A DNA stretch of 64,000 nucleotides. It comes from an uncultured Verrucomicrobiae bacterium. Its GTDB lineage: Bacteria > Verrucomicrobiota > Verrucomicrobiia > Chthoniobacterales > UBA10450. This document shows positions 1 through 10,022 of this stretch, one piece after another. The notes below the pieces were generated by a model. It made no database searches. It saw nothing but the letters and a program-made list of their open reading frames with translations, and was not told the DNA's origin. The stretch lies in the NCBI GenBank assembly GCA_963730385.1, contig CAVSRQ010000011.1, positions 54,909 through 118,908 on the forward strand, in the 5' to 3' direction. Position numbers and translations under genes: made by a program. Position 1 is the first letter of the stretch. Every line of letters begins with the position of its first letter.

Positions 1-197
1 GACGTGGCCTCCCTCCAGCGCAAGTCGCGCTGGCCTGGCTTTTCCATCAGCCGGCGATCACCGCGCCTATTATCGGCGCTTCAAAGCTTTCCCATCTCGA
101 CGATGCGATTGCCGCTCTCGATGTCTCTCTCGTGCCCGAAGAAATCGCGGCTTTGGAAGCTCCTTACATTCCCCACGCCGTCGCGGGGTTCGAATAA
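1..197 (+). CDS. aldo/keto reductase, C-terminal fragment (5' end outside window)
   Basis: Frame 3 reads RGLPPAQVALAWLFHQPAITAPIIGASKLSHLDDAIAALDVSLVPEEIAALEAPYIPHAVAGFE* (stop 195-197), a typical AKR C-terminus. It is absent from the ORF track because there is no Met in the window. Confidence 0.6.
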   Translation, partial: RGLPPAQVALAWLFHQPAITAPIIGASKLSHLDDAIAALDVSLVPEEIAALEAPYIPHAVAGFE

Positions 198-200
198 ATA

Positions 201-236
201 GAAAAGCCGGCTGGGGAAACCAGCCGGCTTTCATTT
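201..236. terminator. bidirectional rho-independent terminator hairpin
   Basis: gaaaagccggctgg-ggaaa-ccagccggctttc is a perfect GC-rich stem flanked by A/T runs. It lies between convergent genes ending at 197 (+) and 256 (-). Confidence 0.6.
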
Positions 237-255
237 CTACCCGATGGCCGGGTGT

Positions 256-573
256 TTAGTAGCGGTAGCCGCGATTGTGGCGCGCGGTGCAATAAAAGCG
301 CCGTCCATGCCGCCAGTGCGAGTGACGCCGCACGTAATGCCCGCGGCGGTAGTGCCGTCGATTTGAGCGGTAATACGGAGCGTAGCCGTAGGACGAGTAA
401 ACCGGACGGCCGTAATAATGTCCGCCGCCGTAATACCCATTCCCGTAGCCGTAACCGACCGGCACGCCGATGCCGATCCCGACGCTAATATTGCCGGCCT
501 GCGAAGCTGGCGCCGCTCCGAAACCAAAACCGACGATCGCGATGGCGATGATGAGAAGTTTTTTCCAGTTCAT
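256..573 (-). CDS. small secreted Gly/Tyr-rich, Arg/His-rich protein (hypothetical)
   Basis: MNWKKLLIIAIAIVGFGFGAAPASQA signal peptide. A GGAGG lies 6 nt upstream of the ATG at 573. The low-complexity GYGYGNGYYGGGHYY region is followed by an R/H/Y-rich tail. Confidence 0.5.
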   Translation of the reverse strand: MNWKKLLIIAIAIVGFGFGAAPASQAGNISVGIGIGVPVGYGYGNGYYGGGHYYGRPVYSSYGYAPYYRSNRRHYRRGHYVRRHSHWRHGRRFYCTARHNRGYRY

Positions 574-632
574 GTATGCCTCCATGGTTGTGTTGCGTTT
601 GCTGTTCATCTTCAGACGCACCGGCCTTTAGA

Positions 633-1682
633 TTATTCGGATCGAGGGGTCCCGTAAATTGGTTTGCCTGAGTAAAAAATATCTGAGCCGATCCGCTCGT
701 AGCGCACATCGTGCAGGCGCGCCGCTTCCAGAGTGGAGCCAAAGCCGCGCGCGCCGAACGACACCACCGGGCCCCCAGTGAGGAGCGGGCCGAGATAAAT
801 GTGCACCCGATCGATCACGCGCGCGTCCAGCGCTTGTCCCAGGATGTCCCCGCCGCCTTCGATCAAGACGCTGGTGATCTCGCGTCGACCCAGCTCCTCC
901 ATCACCGCTGGCAGCGTTTTATCGCGAAACACCAGAGTCCGCTCCGCGTGTCGATCCTTCAGTAAGTGCGACCGCGGCGGCAGCTCGCCAGACCGCGTCA
1001 GCACCACGCGCCACGGCTGGCGTTTTGTCGGCACTGCGCGCACGGTCAGACGCGGATTATCCTTCCGCACCGTTTCTGCCCCTACCAGGATCGCATCCAC
1101 ATGCAGCCGGAAACGGTTCGCATGCTCGCGGGCCGCTTCGCTCGTGAGCCATTGCTTCTCCTCCGGCGGTCGCGTCAGGCGGCCGTCGAGGCTCATGCCA
1201 CACTTCGCGATCACGTAAGGTCGCCGGGTTTGGATCCAATGATTAAAGGCCTCGTTCAGAGCCCGGCATTCCTGCTCCAGCACGCCTACGCGCACTTTGA
1301 TCCCCGCTGCTTCCAGAACTTTTATTCCGCGCCCGCCGTGTCGCGGATTGACATCGATCGTGCCAATGACCACCTCCCGGATGCCCGCGGCGATGATCGC
1401 CTTTGTGCACGGAGGCGTGCGCCCGGTGGTGGAACAAGGCTCAAGCGTGACATAGAGCACGCCTTTTTTCTGCAACGACGCTTCGGCGGCCGCGAGGCAG
1501 ACCGCTTCTGCATGCGGCTGCCCTGCGCCTTCGTGATGACCGCGCGCCACCACTTTTCCTTTCACCACCAGGATGGCGCCCACGGCTGGGTTCGGGCTGG
1601 TCGCGCCCGCGCCTTTCCGCGCCTCCTCCAGTGCAAGGCGCATGAAGGCTTCGTCGTCCGCGATGCTCATGAGGTCAGCCAT
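633..1682 (-). CDS. ribD: bifunctional riboflavin biosynthesis protein RibD (pyrimidine deaminase / uracil reductase)
   Basis: Deaminase zinc motifs HAEAVCL and PCSTTGRTPPC, followed by a RibD_C-type reductase domain. ATG 1682 is preferred; the TTG at 1706 is possible. Confidence 0.9.
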   Translation of the reverse strand: MADLMSIADDEAFMRLALEEARKGAGATSPNPAVGAILVVKGKVVARGHHEGAGQPHAEAVCLAAAEASLQKKGVLYVTLEPCSTTGRTPPCTKAIIAAGIREVVIGTIDVNPRHGGRGIKVLEAAGIKVRVGVLEQECRALNEAFNHWIQTRRPYVIAKCGMSLDGRLTRPPEEKQWLTSEAAREHANRFRLHVDAILVGAETVRKDNPRLTVRAVPTKRQPWRVVLTRSGELPPRSHLLKDRHAERTLVFRDKTLPAVMEELGRREITSVLIEGGGDILGQALDARVIDRVHIYLGPLLTGGPVVSFGARGFGSTLEAARLHDVRYERIGSDIFYSGKPIYGTPRSE

Positions 1683-1932
1683 ACGCCTTCCGGTCTCTTT
1701 CGGCAATCAGCGGGCAGCTCCTCCGTCGTGCATCATTGGCACAATTTCGGGAGCTCATGCGGCAGGATCGTGACACGTCGTCACAGGTGCACCGACACGC
1801 AGAATCCCGGCGACTTTTCGAAATTATTTCGGACTCAGACACTTACAGCCGTGTCGGGTCGTGCCGCGCCGAGTGGCATCTCCTTAGCTTTTAGAAAACG
1901 CGAACAATTTCACCAAGAAAGGAACAAACAAA

Positions 1933-2397
1933 ATGAGCTTAATTCGTTATCAAACACCTGATGTTTCACTGTGGCGTTCGTTCGATCGGCTGGCGAACCT
2001 CCGCGACGAGTTTAACAGCCTTTTCGACGGCTCTGCCGCGCTCCCGGGCGCGCGCCAGACTCAGCTCTTCACTGGCTGGACGCCCGCGCTCGATCTCTAC
2101 CAGACCAACGATGATGTCGTGGCCGTGGTCGAGCTTCCGGGCATGCGGAAAGAGGATCTCGAGATCTCACTGCAGGACGGAATGCTGACGATCAGCGGCG
2201 AACGCAAAAACGAGTCCTCCTCGCAAGAGAATGAGCGGACGGAGCGCTTTGTCGGGAAATTCCGCCGCAGCATCTCCCTCCCGACGCGCGTGGATGCGAA
2301 CAAGGTGAACGCCTCTTACAAAGACGGCATCCTGACCGTGACTCTGCCCAAGGCAGAAGAAGTGAAACCGAAGCAAATCCCCGTCAACGTCGACTAA
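1933..2397 (+). CDS. Hsp20/alpha-crystallin family small heat-shock protein
   Basis: 154 aa with an alpha-crystallin domain (VVELPGMRKEDLEISLQDGMLTISGERK ... YKDGILTVTLPK). Confidence 0.9.
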   Translation: MSLIRYQTPDVSLWRSFDRLANLRDEFNSLFDGSAALPGARQTQLFTGWTPALDLYQTNDDVVAVVELPGMRKEDLEISLQDGMLTISGERKNESSSQENERTERFVGKFRRSISLPTRVDANKVNASYKDGILTVTLPKAEEVKPKQIPVNVD

Positions 2398-2427
2398 CGG
2401 AAAACGATTCTAAGAAAGGACAAAACC

Positions 2428-2814
2428 ATGGACACATTAGTTCGCGAAAATCGCAAAGAGACAGGAGCTAGCAATGGGCACGAAGCGAGTGAGCGATTCA
2501 TCGCTCCGAACGCGACCGTGCAGGAGAACGGCGATGGTTACACCTTGCAGGTGGAAATGCCGGGCGTGAACAAGGAAGGCCTCGAGATGTGGGTGGAAAG
2601 CAACGAGCTCACGATCATCGGCCGCCGCTCGCGTCCTGCCATCCAGGGCACGCTGATCCATCGCGAATCGCGGCGCGAAAACTTCCGCCGCGCCTTCGAG
2701 TTGGATCCCTCCATCGATACCGGCAAAATCAACGCCCGGATCGAGCAAGGAGTGGTCACGCTCACGCTGCCGAAGGCTGAGCAAGTGAAGCCTCGGAAGA
2801 TCGCAGTCGCCTAA
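2428..2814 (+). CDS. Hsp20/alpha-crystallin family small heat-shock protein (second copy)
   Basis: 128 aa (YTLQVEMPGVNKEGLEMWVESNELTIIGRR ... IEQGVVTLTLPK), 30 nt downstream of the first hsp20. Confidence 0.85.
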   Translation: MDTLVRENRKETGASNGHEASERFIAPNATVQENGDGYTLQVEMPGVNKEGLEMWVESNELTIIGRRSRPAIQGTLIHRESRRENFRRAFELDPSIDTGKINARIEQGVVTLTLPKAEQVKPRKIAVA

Positions 2815-2842
2815 AGCGCCATCTCACAGGTCAGCAATCCCT

Positions 2843-2880
2843 AAAAGCCGCAGGCTCTCGAGTCTGCGGCTTTTCTTTTA
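2843..2880 (+). terminator. rho-independent terminator after the hsp20 pair
   Basis: aaaagccgcag-gctctcgagt-ctgcggctttt hairpin followed by cttttag. Confidence 0.6.
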
Positions 2881-2967
2881 GGGAATCAGCTCCGCCTCAA
2901 TTCCAGCAGCCTGGACGTTTCTGCTTGGCGCATTCTGGTAATCCGCAGTAGGTAGGAGACTCCCTTT

Positions 2968-4007
2968 ATGGCCACCAAAACCGAAGAAAAATCGAGCGAA
3001 GACAAGCTCATCGTCGCCCGCAACAAGAACCTCGATCTCGCCATCCAGCAGATCGCGAAAGACTACGGCGACGGCGCCATTATGCGGCTGGGAGATGATA
3101 AGATTGTCGACATCGAAGTGATCCCGACGGGGAACATTCTCATCGATCGCGCCCTCGGCGTCGGCGGCTTTCCCGCGTGGGCGGGTGGTGGAAGTTTACG
3201 GGCCGGAATCGTCGGGTAAAACCACGCTCACGCTCACCGTCATCGCGCAGGCGCAGAAACGCGGCGGGCTGGCGGCGTTTATCGACGTCGAACACGCGCT
3301 CGATCCCGCAATACGCGCGCCGTCTCGGCGTGGATATGGACGATCTGCTCGTCTCCCAGCCCAGCTCGGGCGAGGAAGCGCTCCGCATCGTCGAGACGCT
3401 CGTCCGCTCCAATGCGCTCGACGTGATCGTGCTCGATTCCGTCGCCGCTCTCGTGACCAAACAGGAACTCGAAGGCGAGATCGGCGATTCCACCGTCGGC
3501 GCGCAGGCCCGCCTCATGAGCGCCGCGATGCGCAAGCTCACCTCGCTCATCTCCAAAGCGCGCACTTGCTGCATTTTCACCAACCAGATCCGCGAGAAGA
3601 TCGGCGTCATGTTCGGTAATCCCGAGACAACGCCCGGCGGGAAAGCGCTCAAGTTCTACGCCAGCGTTCGCATCGATATCCGCCGCATCGGCGCGATCAA
3701 GCAGACGGACGGCGTCGTCACCGGTAACCGCACCCGCGTGAAAGTGGTGAAGAACAAAGTCGCGCCGCCATTCACCGAAGCTGAGTTCGACATCATGTAT
3801 AACGAGGGCATCTCCTCCACCGGCGCCCTGCTCGATCTCGCGCTCGAGAAGCAGATCGTGGAGAAGCGCGGCTCCTGGCTCAGCTACAAAGGCACCCAGC
3901 TCGCGCAAGGCCGCGACGCCGGGAAAGAAGCGCTCAAAAATGACCGCGCGCTTTACGAAGAGATCGAAGCCGCGGTTTTGGCCAAGCTGGACGAAGACAA
4001 GAAGTAA
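2968..4007 (+). pseudogene. recA: recombinase RecA, reading frame broken by two +1 single-base insertions (probably sequence errors)
   Basis: Three ORF fragments in frames 1, 2 and 3 carry consecutive RecA sequence: ..[11 protein letters not shown] | [30 protein letters not shown] | [18 protein letters not shown]... The breaks are at CCC 3172-3174 and CCC 3305-3307. Span length minus 2 gives 346 codons. Confidence 0.9.
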
Positions 4008-4019
4008 GCTGCGTCTCGC

Positions 4020-4523
4020 CTACTCGGGCTTTGCGGTTTCACCGAACTTGAGCGCCAGCGCGCGCAGGTATGCGTCCATCGTGGCCACATGGCCAAACAC
4101 GAATCGCGACATGAAACGAAAGAGGATATTCGACACCTCGCCATCTTCTGTGATGCGGACAAGGGTCCGATTTTCCTGGGTGAGAAACTCGTAGGTCCAT
4201 GAACCTGCGTAGCCGAGGTCGCGATCGACGATGCGCGTTACGAGTTTTTCGTTCGGCACCTCTTCCAGAATTTCGTAGGTCACGGTTCCGTTTTTCGAAT
4301 GCTCGCGAAAGTGCCGGGTATCGAGCATCTCCACGCGGGTTAAATCGCTCCGCCAGGACGCGGCGGAACTGAAGTCGCGCACGGTCGCGTAGACGTCGTT
4401 CACGGGCTGATGAAGCGTTATCTGCCGGGCTGCCCGGTGCGAGCGCGGCAACATTGCACCGATGATGAGGACGAGGGCAACCAGCGCCACCAGCAGGCCG
4501 CAGATGAGCAATGTGATTTTCAT
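4020..4523 (-). CDS. SRPBCC (START/polyketide-cyclase-like) family protein with N-terminal TM anchor
   Basis: N-terminal hydrophobic helix followed by an SRPBCC-like fold signature. The ATG at 4523 overlaps the marR stop codon (ATGA). Confidence 0.65.
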   Translation of the reverse strand: MKITLLICGLLVALVALVLIIGAMLPRSHRAARQITLHQPVNDVYATVRDFSSAASWRSDLTRVEMLDTRHFREHSKNGTVTYEILEEVPNEKLVTRIVDRDLGYAGSWTYEFLTQENRTLVRITEDGEVSNILFRFMSRFVFGHVATMDAYLRALALKFGETAKPE

Positions 4524-4966
4524 GAGCATTTCTTTGTCTGTCGCGCAGCGCGTGCGAGCAGCCGCAAGCCATGCGTGGCAATCTCAACTTCTTCATCGGT
4601 TAAGTTGGCCACGAGGGCTTCCACCCGTTCCCCGTCGAGCACGGAGGTCGCGGCCATCGCCTCCGCGCCGAGATCGGTCAGGCGCAGCTGGCGTTGTCGT
4701 TTATCCACCTTCGACGCGTGACTGCGGAGGTAACCGAGCCCGGTCAGGCGCGTAATCGAAGCCGAGAGAGTGGATGGCGCGACATCCAGGTGCGCAGCGA
4801 GCGCGCGCGGGCTGGTGCCTTCCTTCCGATCGAGATGCGCGAGGAGCGAAGAATCGCGCGCGGAGAGTCGCCATTCGGTCGAGCGCGCGCGGACATGATC
4901 AACGTGACACGCCAGGTAAATTTGCGGATAGAGCCGTTGCAGATCGAAGACGAGATCCTGCTTCAT
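4520..4966 (-). CDS. MarR family transcriptional regulator
   Basis: 148 aa with a winged-HTH core (LLAHLDRKEGTSPRALAAHLDVAPSTLSASITRLTGLGYLRSHASKVDKRQRQLRLTDLG). Divergent from alaS. Confidence 0.85.
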   Translation of the reverse strand: MKQDLVFDLQRLYPQIYLACHVDHVRARSTEWRLSARDSSLLAHLDRKEGTSPRALAAHLDVAPSTLSASITRLTGLGYLRSHASKVDKRQRQLRLTDLGAEAMAATSVLDGERVEALVANLTDEEVEIATHGLRLLARAARQTKKCS

Positions 4967-5078
4967 GCGAAGATCGTCTGCGCGCGAAATCGTTCGTCAA
5001 ACCGAACGACTTCTGCCCCGCTCCGCGAGCTCGGGCACTGATGAAATCTCGCAGAACCGCGCTACCGTCTTCCCCCGC

Positions 5079-7845
5079 ATGAAGACCTCCGCCCAAATCC
5101 GCCAGAGCTTCCTCGATTTCTTTCGCGAGAAGGAGCACTCGATTGTGCCTTCATCCTCGCTCCTGCCAGATTCGCCGAACCTGCTTTTCACGAACGCGGG
5201 CATGAACCAGTTCGTGCCCATCTTCCTTGGCCAACAAAGCGCGCCCTATCAGCCGCCGCGCGCCGCCGATACGCAAAAGTGCATCCGCGCGGGCGGCAAA
5301 CATAACGATCTCGACGATGTGGGACTCGACACGTATCACCACACGTTTTTCGAGATGCTGGGGAACTGGAGCTTCGGCGATTATTTCAAAAAAGAAGCGA
5401 TCGAGTGGGCTTGGGAATTAGTGGTGGAACGCTGGGGCCTCCCGCCGCAGCGGCTCTATGCCACGGTCTACAAACCGGGGCCGGGCGACCCGAGCGAGTT
5501 CGACCAGGAAGCGCACGACCACTGGGCGCGACTCTTTACCAAAGCCGGACTCGATCCCGCGGTCCAGATCGTGAACGGAAACAAGAAGGACAACTTCTGG
5601 ATGATGGGCGACACCGGCCCCTGCGGCCCGTGCTCCGAGTTGCACATCGATCTCACGCCCAACGGCGACACCAAGGGCGCGCTCGTCAACATGGGCGACG
5701 CGCGTTGCATCGAGATCTGGAACCTCGTTTTCATCCAGTTCAACGCGAATGCGGACGGCACCTTCGTGCCGCTCCCGGCGCGACACGTCGATACCGGGAT
5801 GGGCTTCGAGCGCGTCACGGCAATGATCCAGGGGACGAAAGGCTTTACCGATTTTTCGCGCCTCATCTCCAATTACGAGACTGATGTCTTTCGTCCGATC
5901 TTCGATGAAATCGAGAAGCTAAGCGGTCGGCGCTACGCCTCCACGTTGCCCCAGGCCGGCAGCACCGGCGACAGCGAGCAGGAAAAAACCGATGTCGCCT
6001 TTCGCGTAGTGGCGGACCACATCCGCACCCTCAGCTTCGCGGTCGCGGATGGCATCCAGCCATCCAACGAAGGCCGCGGCTACGTCCTGCGACGCATCTT
6101 GCGTCGCGCGGTTCGTTACGGGCGGACGCTTGGCTTTCATGAGCCGTTCTTTTTCCAACTGGTGGACGTGCTCGCGCAAACGATGGGCGCAGTCTTTCCC
6201 GAGCTGCACGCGAAGCAGGCGATGATCAAAGAGACGCTGAAGCGCGAAGAGGAATCCTTCAACCGCACACTCGATAAAGGGATAGCGCTATTCGAAGGCG
6301 AAGTCGCACGTCTCTCGGGTGCCACGATCTCCGGGGCATTTGCCTTCCGGCTTTACGACGAACAGGGCTTTCCGCTCGATCTGACGGAACTCATGGCGCG
6401 CGAGCGAGGGTTGACGGTGGATACTGCTGGCTTCGAAGTTTTAATGGAAGAGCAGCGCAGCCGCGCGCGCTCGGCGCAGAAGAAAACGACGATCGAGCTG
6501 GCGGAAAAGGATGGGGCTAGCGCAACCATCTTCCTCGGTTACGAACACGACCACACCGGCGCCGATGTGCTCGAGGTGTTGGACGTGAAAGGCCGCACGG
6601 CTGTGGTTTTGAACAACTCCGTTTGCTACGCCGAGATGGGCGGGCAGGTCGGCGATGCTGGAGAAATCACGAAGGACGGGGAGCGCTGGCGCATCGCGGA
6701 AACGCGGAAGGCCGGTCAGACCTGGCTGCACTTCCTGGACGGTTCCAGCGCCCCGGCGGTGGGCGATCACGTCACGGTGCGCTTCGATTCGTCGAAACGG
6801 CACGCGATCCAGCGGCACCACAGCGTGACGCATCTCTTGCACTGGGCGCTGCACGAAATCGTTTCGCGCGAAGCGGTCCAGAAAGGGAGTTACGTGGGCC
6901 CGGAGAAGCTGACCTTCGATTTCGCGAGCGGAGCGCTCACGCCGGAGCAGGTGGGCGCGGTTGAGAAAATGGTGAACGAACGGATCGCCGAAGAAGCGAC
7001 CGTCTCCTGGATCGAGATCCCGTATGCGGAAGCGAAGCAGCGCGCGGATATCCAGCAATTCTTCGGCGACAAATACGGCGATACCGTGCGCGTAGTGCAA
7101 ATCGGCGGGGAAGCCGGCGCGCTCAACGGCTACTCCATGGAACTCTGCGGCGGCACGCATGTGCGAAGCACGGGAGACATTGGCTCCTTCAAAATTGTGA
7201 GCGAAGGGGCGATCGCGGCCGGCATCCGTCGCATCGAAGCGGTGGCGGGCGAACAAGTTCTGCACTGGGCAGAAACGGAATTTGCGAGGCAGGAGGAAAA
7301 GTTTGCGGCGCTCAAGAATAAGAAAGCGGAGCTGGCGGCGTTGCCGCTGTTCGTGAAAACAGACTCAAGCGCAGCGGTGCAATCCATCACTGAGCGTGCG
7401 GCGCATTTGCACCGGGTAGAGACCGAAGTGCATGAGTGGGAAAAGCAAAACGCAAAGGCGGGCGAAGCCGCCCTGCGGGAGCGCGCGACCGCGCTGGCTG
7501 GGGACCTGGCGACTGCGCACGCGGGAGACGTCCTCGTTGGTGCTCGAGGTGCCGGACGCTGACGGCGCGTTCTTGCAGCAATTAGCCGACGTCCTGAAGC
7601 AAAAGTTGCCGGTCCCGATGGTCCTCGCGAGCACCGGCAATGGCCGGGTCGACCTCGTGGCAGTGGTGCCGAAAGAAATGACCGCGAAGCTGCGCGCGAA
7701 CGAAATTATCCAACAGATCGCGCCGATCGTGGGCGGCAAAGGCGGCGGACGACCTGACAGCGCGCGCGGCGCCGGGAAAGAGCCAACGCAAATCGAGGCC
7801 GCCCTGACCAAGGCGCGGGAGATGATCGCGGCGGCCGCCCTTTGA
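5079..7845 (+). pseudogene. alaS: alanine--tRNA ligase, one +1 insertion near the C-terminal DHHA1 domain (probably a sequence error)
   Basis: MKTSAQIRQSFLDFFREKEHSIVPSSSL..FTNAGMNQF class II AlaRS core. The C-terminal ..LVLEVPDADGAFLQQLADVLK..GGKGGGRPDSARGAG continues in the next frame. The break is at GGG 7523-7525 (or GGGG 7500-7503). Length minus 1 is divisible by 3. Confidence 0.9.
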
Positions 7846-7846
7846 G

Positions 7847-9118
7847 TTACGGAAGGAGAAGCGTGACGAGCGCCGTGGCCCCCACCCCGAGGGCGAGGAC
7901 AAAGAGATACAGGATTGCTCCGACGAAAAATTTGAAGCTGGTGAGGAGCCAGCCCTGGCCATAGACGCGACGGACGGAGAGAAATACCAGCACCACCGCG
8001 GCGAGGGTGAGGACGACCGCCAGAAACGGCTGCGCTGCCGGAAGGACGCGCAGCGTTCCCATCCCCAACAATGTGATCGCGACGGTCGCCATGTAGGCGA
8101 AGGCGTGGATGTGCAGCGCGTAAACGAGGTGCTCGATGTAATAACGGCGCCGAAAGAGGTACAAGAACTTTAGGATGAAGGCGAAGAACGGGATGCAGAC
8201 CAGCATCATGGTCGGGATGTTGCTGCGAAGAGTGTCGAGGAAGAGCTGCACCTTGGTGCCGTCCTCACCCACTTTTTCCTTCACCCGTTTCTCCAACCAG
8301 GCGCCGAAGGGGCTGCCGTCGTTCCCCGCGCCGTCATACTGAAAGATCGGCGCGGCCGTGGGAGAAGGTGAGGCAGGCAGAGTGAGTCCGTTTGCCGGCG
8401 ACGGACCTTCCGCTGCGGCCGGGGCTTCGTCGGGGATCTGCGCGAGAATCCGATCGAGTTTCTCGAGATCGGTGCGACCGAGTTCATCCTTGTCCGCCAG
8501 CCGTGGGAGGCGGCTGATGAGGGTGTCCAATTTCTTTCGCTCATCCGGAATGACCGAGCCTTCGGGCTGGAGAAAGCGAGCCCGCGCGGTTTCAATCTTG
8601 GCACGTTGCTCGGGGCGAAGGGGCGAGTCCGGCGCGACTAATTTATCGAGGGAGGCATCGATCGCGGCCCGGTCCTCAGTCGAGAGATCGATCGTAAGAT
8701 TTCCCGCGTTGGAAGGCGCGAGATTGATGAGTTTCGCGAGGAGGAAAAAGGCAATGCTCGCGAGCAGGTAGAGGCGAAGCGGATGGATGTAGCGCACCCG
8801 GCGGCCGGCATTGAAATCGTTCGTCAGCCGCCACGGGCGCGTGATCAGAACGCCGAGCGACGTGACGAATTTCGTATCCCAATTAAGGAACGAATCGGCC
8901 GCGTCCACCACGACCTGAAAAAGCGAGCGGCGGTAATCGATCGCGTGCTGGCCGCACTGCGCGCAGTACTCCCCGGAAAGAGGGGCCGCACAATTTTCGC
9001 AGTGCGTGAGAGCTTCGGCCGACTTCCGGCGTCGGCCCCTCCCGCGACGGCGCGGCGGCTGCGTGACCGATTCAATCGCACTGTCTCCGACGATGATCTC
9101 GGTCGCCTCGTCGGACAT
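7847..9118 (-). CDS. DUF3667-like membrane protein with N-terminal zinc ribbon
   Basis: CENCAAPLSGEYCAQCGQ zinc ribbon followed by several TM helices at both ends and a charged central region. Confidence 0.6.
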   Translation of the reverse strand: MSDEATEIIVGDSAIESVTQPPRRRGRGRRRKSAEALTHCENCAAPLSGEYCAQCGQHAIDYRRSLFQVVVDAADSFLNWDTKFVTSLGVLITRPWRLTNDFNAGRRVRYIHPLRLYLLASIAFFLLAKLINLAPSNAGNLTIDLSTEDRAAIDASLDKLVAPDSPLRPEQRAKIETARARFLQPEGSVIPDERKKLDTLISRLPRLADKDELGRTDLEKLDRILAQIPDEAPAAAEGPSPANGLTLPASPSPTAAPIFQYDGAGNDGSPFGAWLEKRVKEKVGEDGTKVQLFLDTLRSNIPTMMLVCIPFFAFILKFLYLFRRRYYIEHLVYALHIHAFAYMATVAITLLGMGTLRVLPAAQPFLAVVLTLAAVVLVFLSVRRVYGQGWLLTSFKFFVGAILYLFVLALGVGATALVTLLLP

Positions 9119-9122
9119 AGCT

Positions 9123-9854
9123 TTACTTCACCGCCGCCCAGACCCGGTGGACATCGTCGTGATCCTCCAGAGTCTGAAGGAACTCGCCCACCTGCGTGCG
9201 GTCTTCGTCATTTAACTCGGGGAAAGTTTTCGCGAGGTAACCGAGCTCGCTTGTGACCACGGTCCAGCTATTCGTGGAAAGCCATTGCGAGACGGCGTGA
9301 AGATCAGTCGCTTCCGTGATGAAACGCGCGCCCATCGCCTCCGCGGGGATGTCGTCGTTTTCGGAATGGGTGAGCGGCTCGACGTTTTGCGCGCCGGCTT
9401 CGATCGCTGCCGCCTCGATGTCCGCCGCGGTATCGGAGTGGTGGGCTTCGACCAGGCCGACGTGATCGAAGAGGAACTTGTTGCTGCCCGGGCCGCCGAG
9501 CTGGCCGCGCTTGAAGAGCACGCGAATCTCGGGCGCGGTGCGGTTTTTGTTATCAGTCAGGACTTCGACGATGACGGGGATTTTCTTCGGCGCATAGCCT
9601 TCGAAAACGATGTGCTCGAGCGAAAGTTTCTCCGTCCCGATCCCGGCGCCTTTTTTGATCGCGCGCTCAATCACATCGCGCGAGACGCTGGCGCGGCGCG
9701 CTTTCTCGAGCGCGGCGAAAAGGCGGGCGTTGCCGTTCGGATCGGCGCCGCCCATTTTCGACGCGACCATGATTTCCTTTACGAGCTTGCCGGTCACCTG
9801 ACCCTTCTTCAGACCCGCGACTTCCCGTTTTGCATGCAACCATTGGCGACCCAT
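9123..9854 (-). CDS. YebC/PmpR family DNA-binding transcriptional regulator
   Basis: 243 aa (HAKREVAGLKKGQVTGKLVKEIMVASKMGGADPNGNARLFAALEKARRASVSRDVIERAIKKG). Confidence 0.9.
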   Translation of the reverse strand: MGRQWLHAKREVAGLKKGQVTGKLVKEIMVASKMGGADPNGNARLFAALEKARRASVSRDVIERAIKKGAGIGTEKLSLEHIVFEGYAPKKIPVIVEVLTDNKNRTAPEIRVLFKRGQLGGPGSNKFLFDHVGLVEAHHSDTAADIEAAAIEAGAQNVEPLTHSENDDIPAEAMGARFITEATDLHAVSQWLSTNSWTVVTSELGYLAKTFPELNDEDRTQVGEFLQTLEDHDDVHRVWAAVK

Positions 9855-10022
9855 GCAGCGGGTTTAACATGCGAGCGCACGGCTCACAAGCGCAGCCGTC
9901 GGCAGTCTGGCGCGGATCACCGCGCAATTTCGCACAGCGGAAAACATTGACCGGCCCCGGACGGCAGTGAGACGATTCGCCGCCTCGCACGCAGCGCCGG
10001 TCTACTTATCTCAAGCTTCCAG

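Noticed and set aside
1770-1784. GTGAC-N5-GTCAC inverted repeat upstream of the hsp20 pair as a heat-shock operator.
   Set aside because: It has only 5-bp arms, lies about 150 nt from the start codon, and bears no resemblance to CIRCE or HAIR. It is too weak to support.
966-1961. 331-aa ORF on the + strand.
   Set aside because: It is entirely antisense to ribD, Arg/Pro/Ala-rich with no recognisable motif. This is a typical shadow ORF of GC-rich DNA.
3169-3310. Programmed +1 ribosomal frameshifting at CCC-G in recA.
   Set aside because: The same kind of insertion occurs in unrelated genes on both strands, and I see no stimulatory stop codon or Shine-Dalgarno-like element. Sequence error is the simpler explanation. 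It is kept only as a caveat in the findings.
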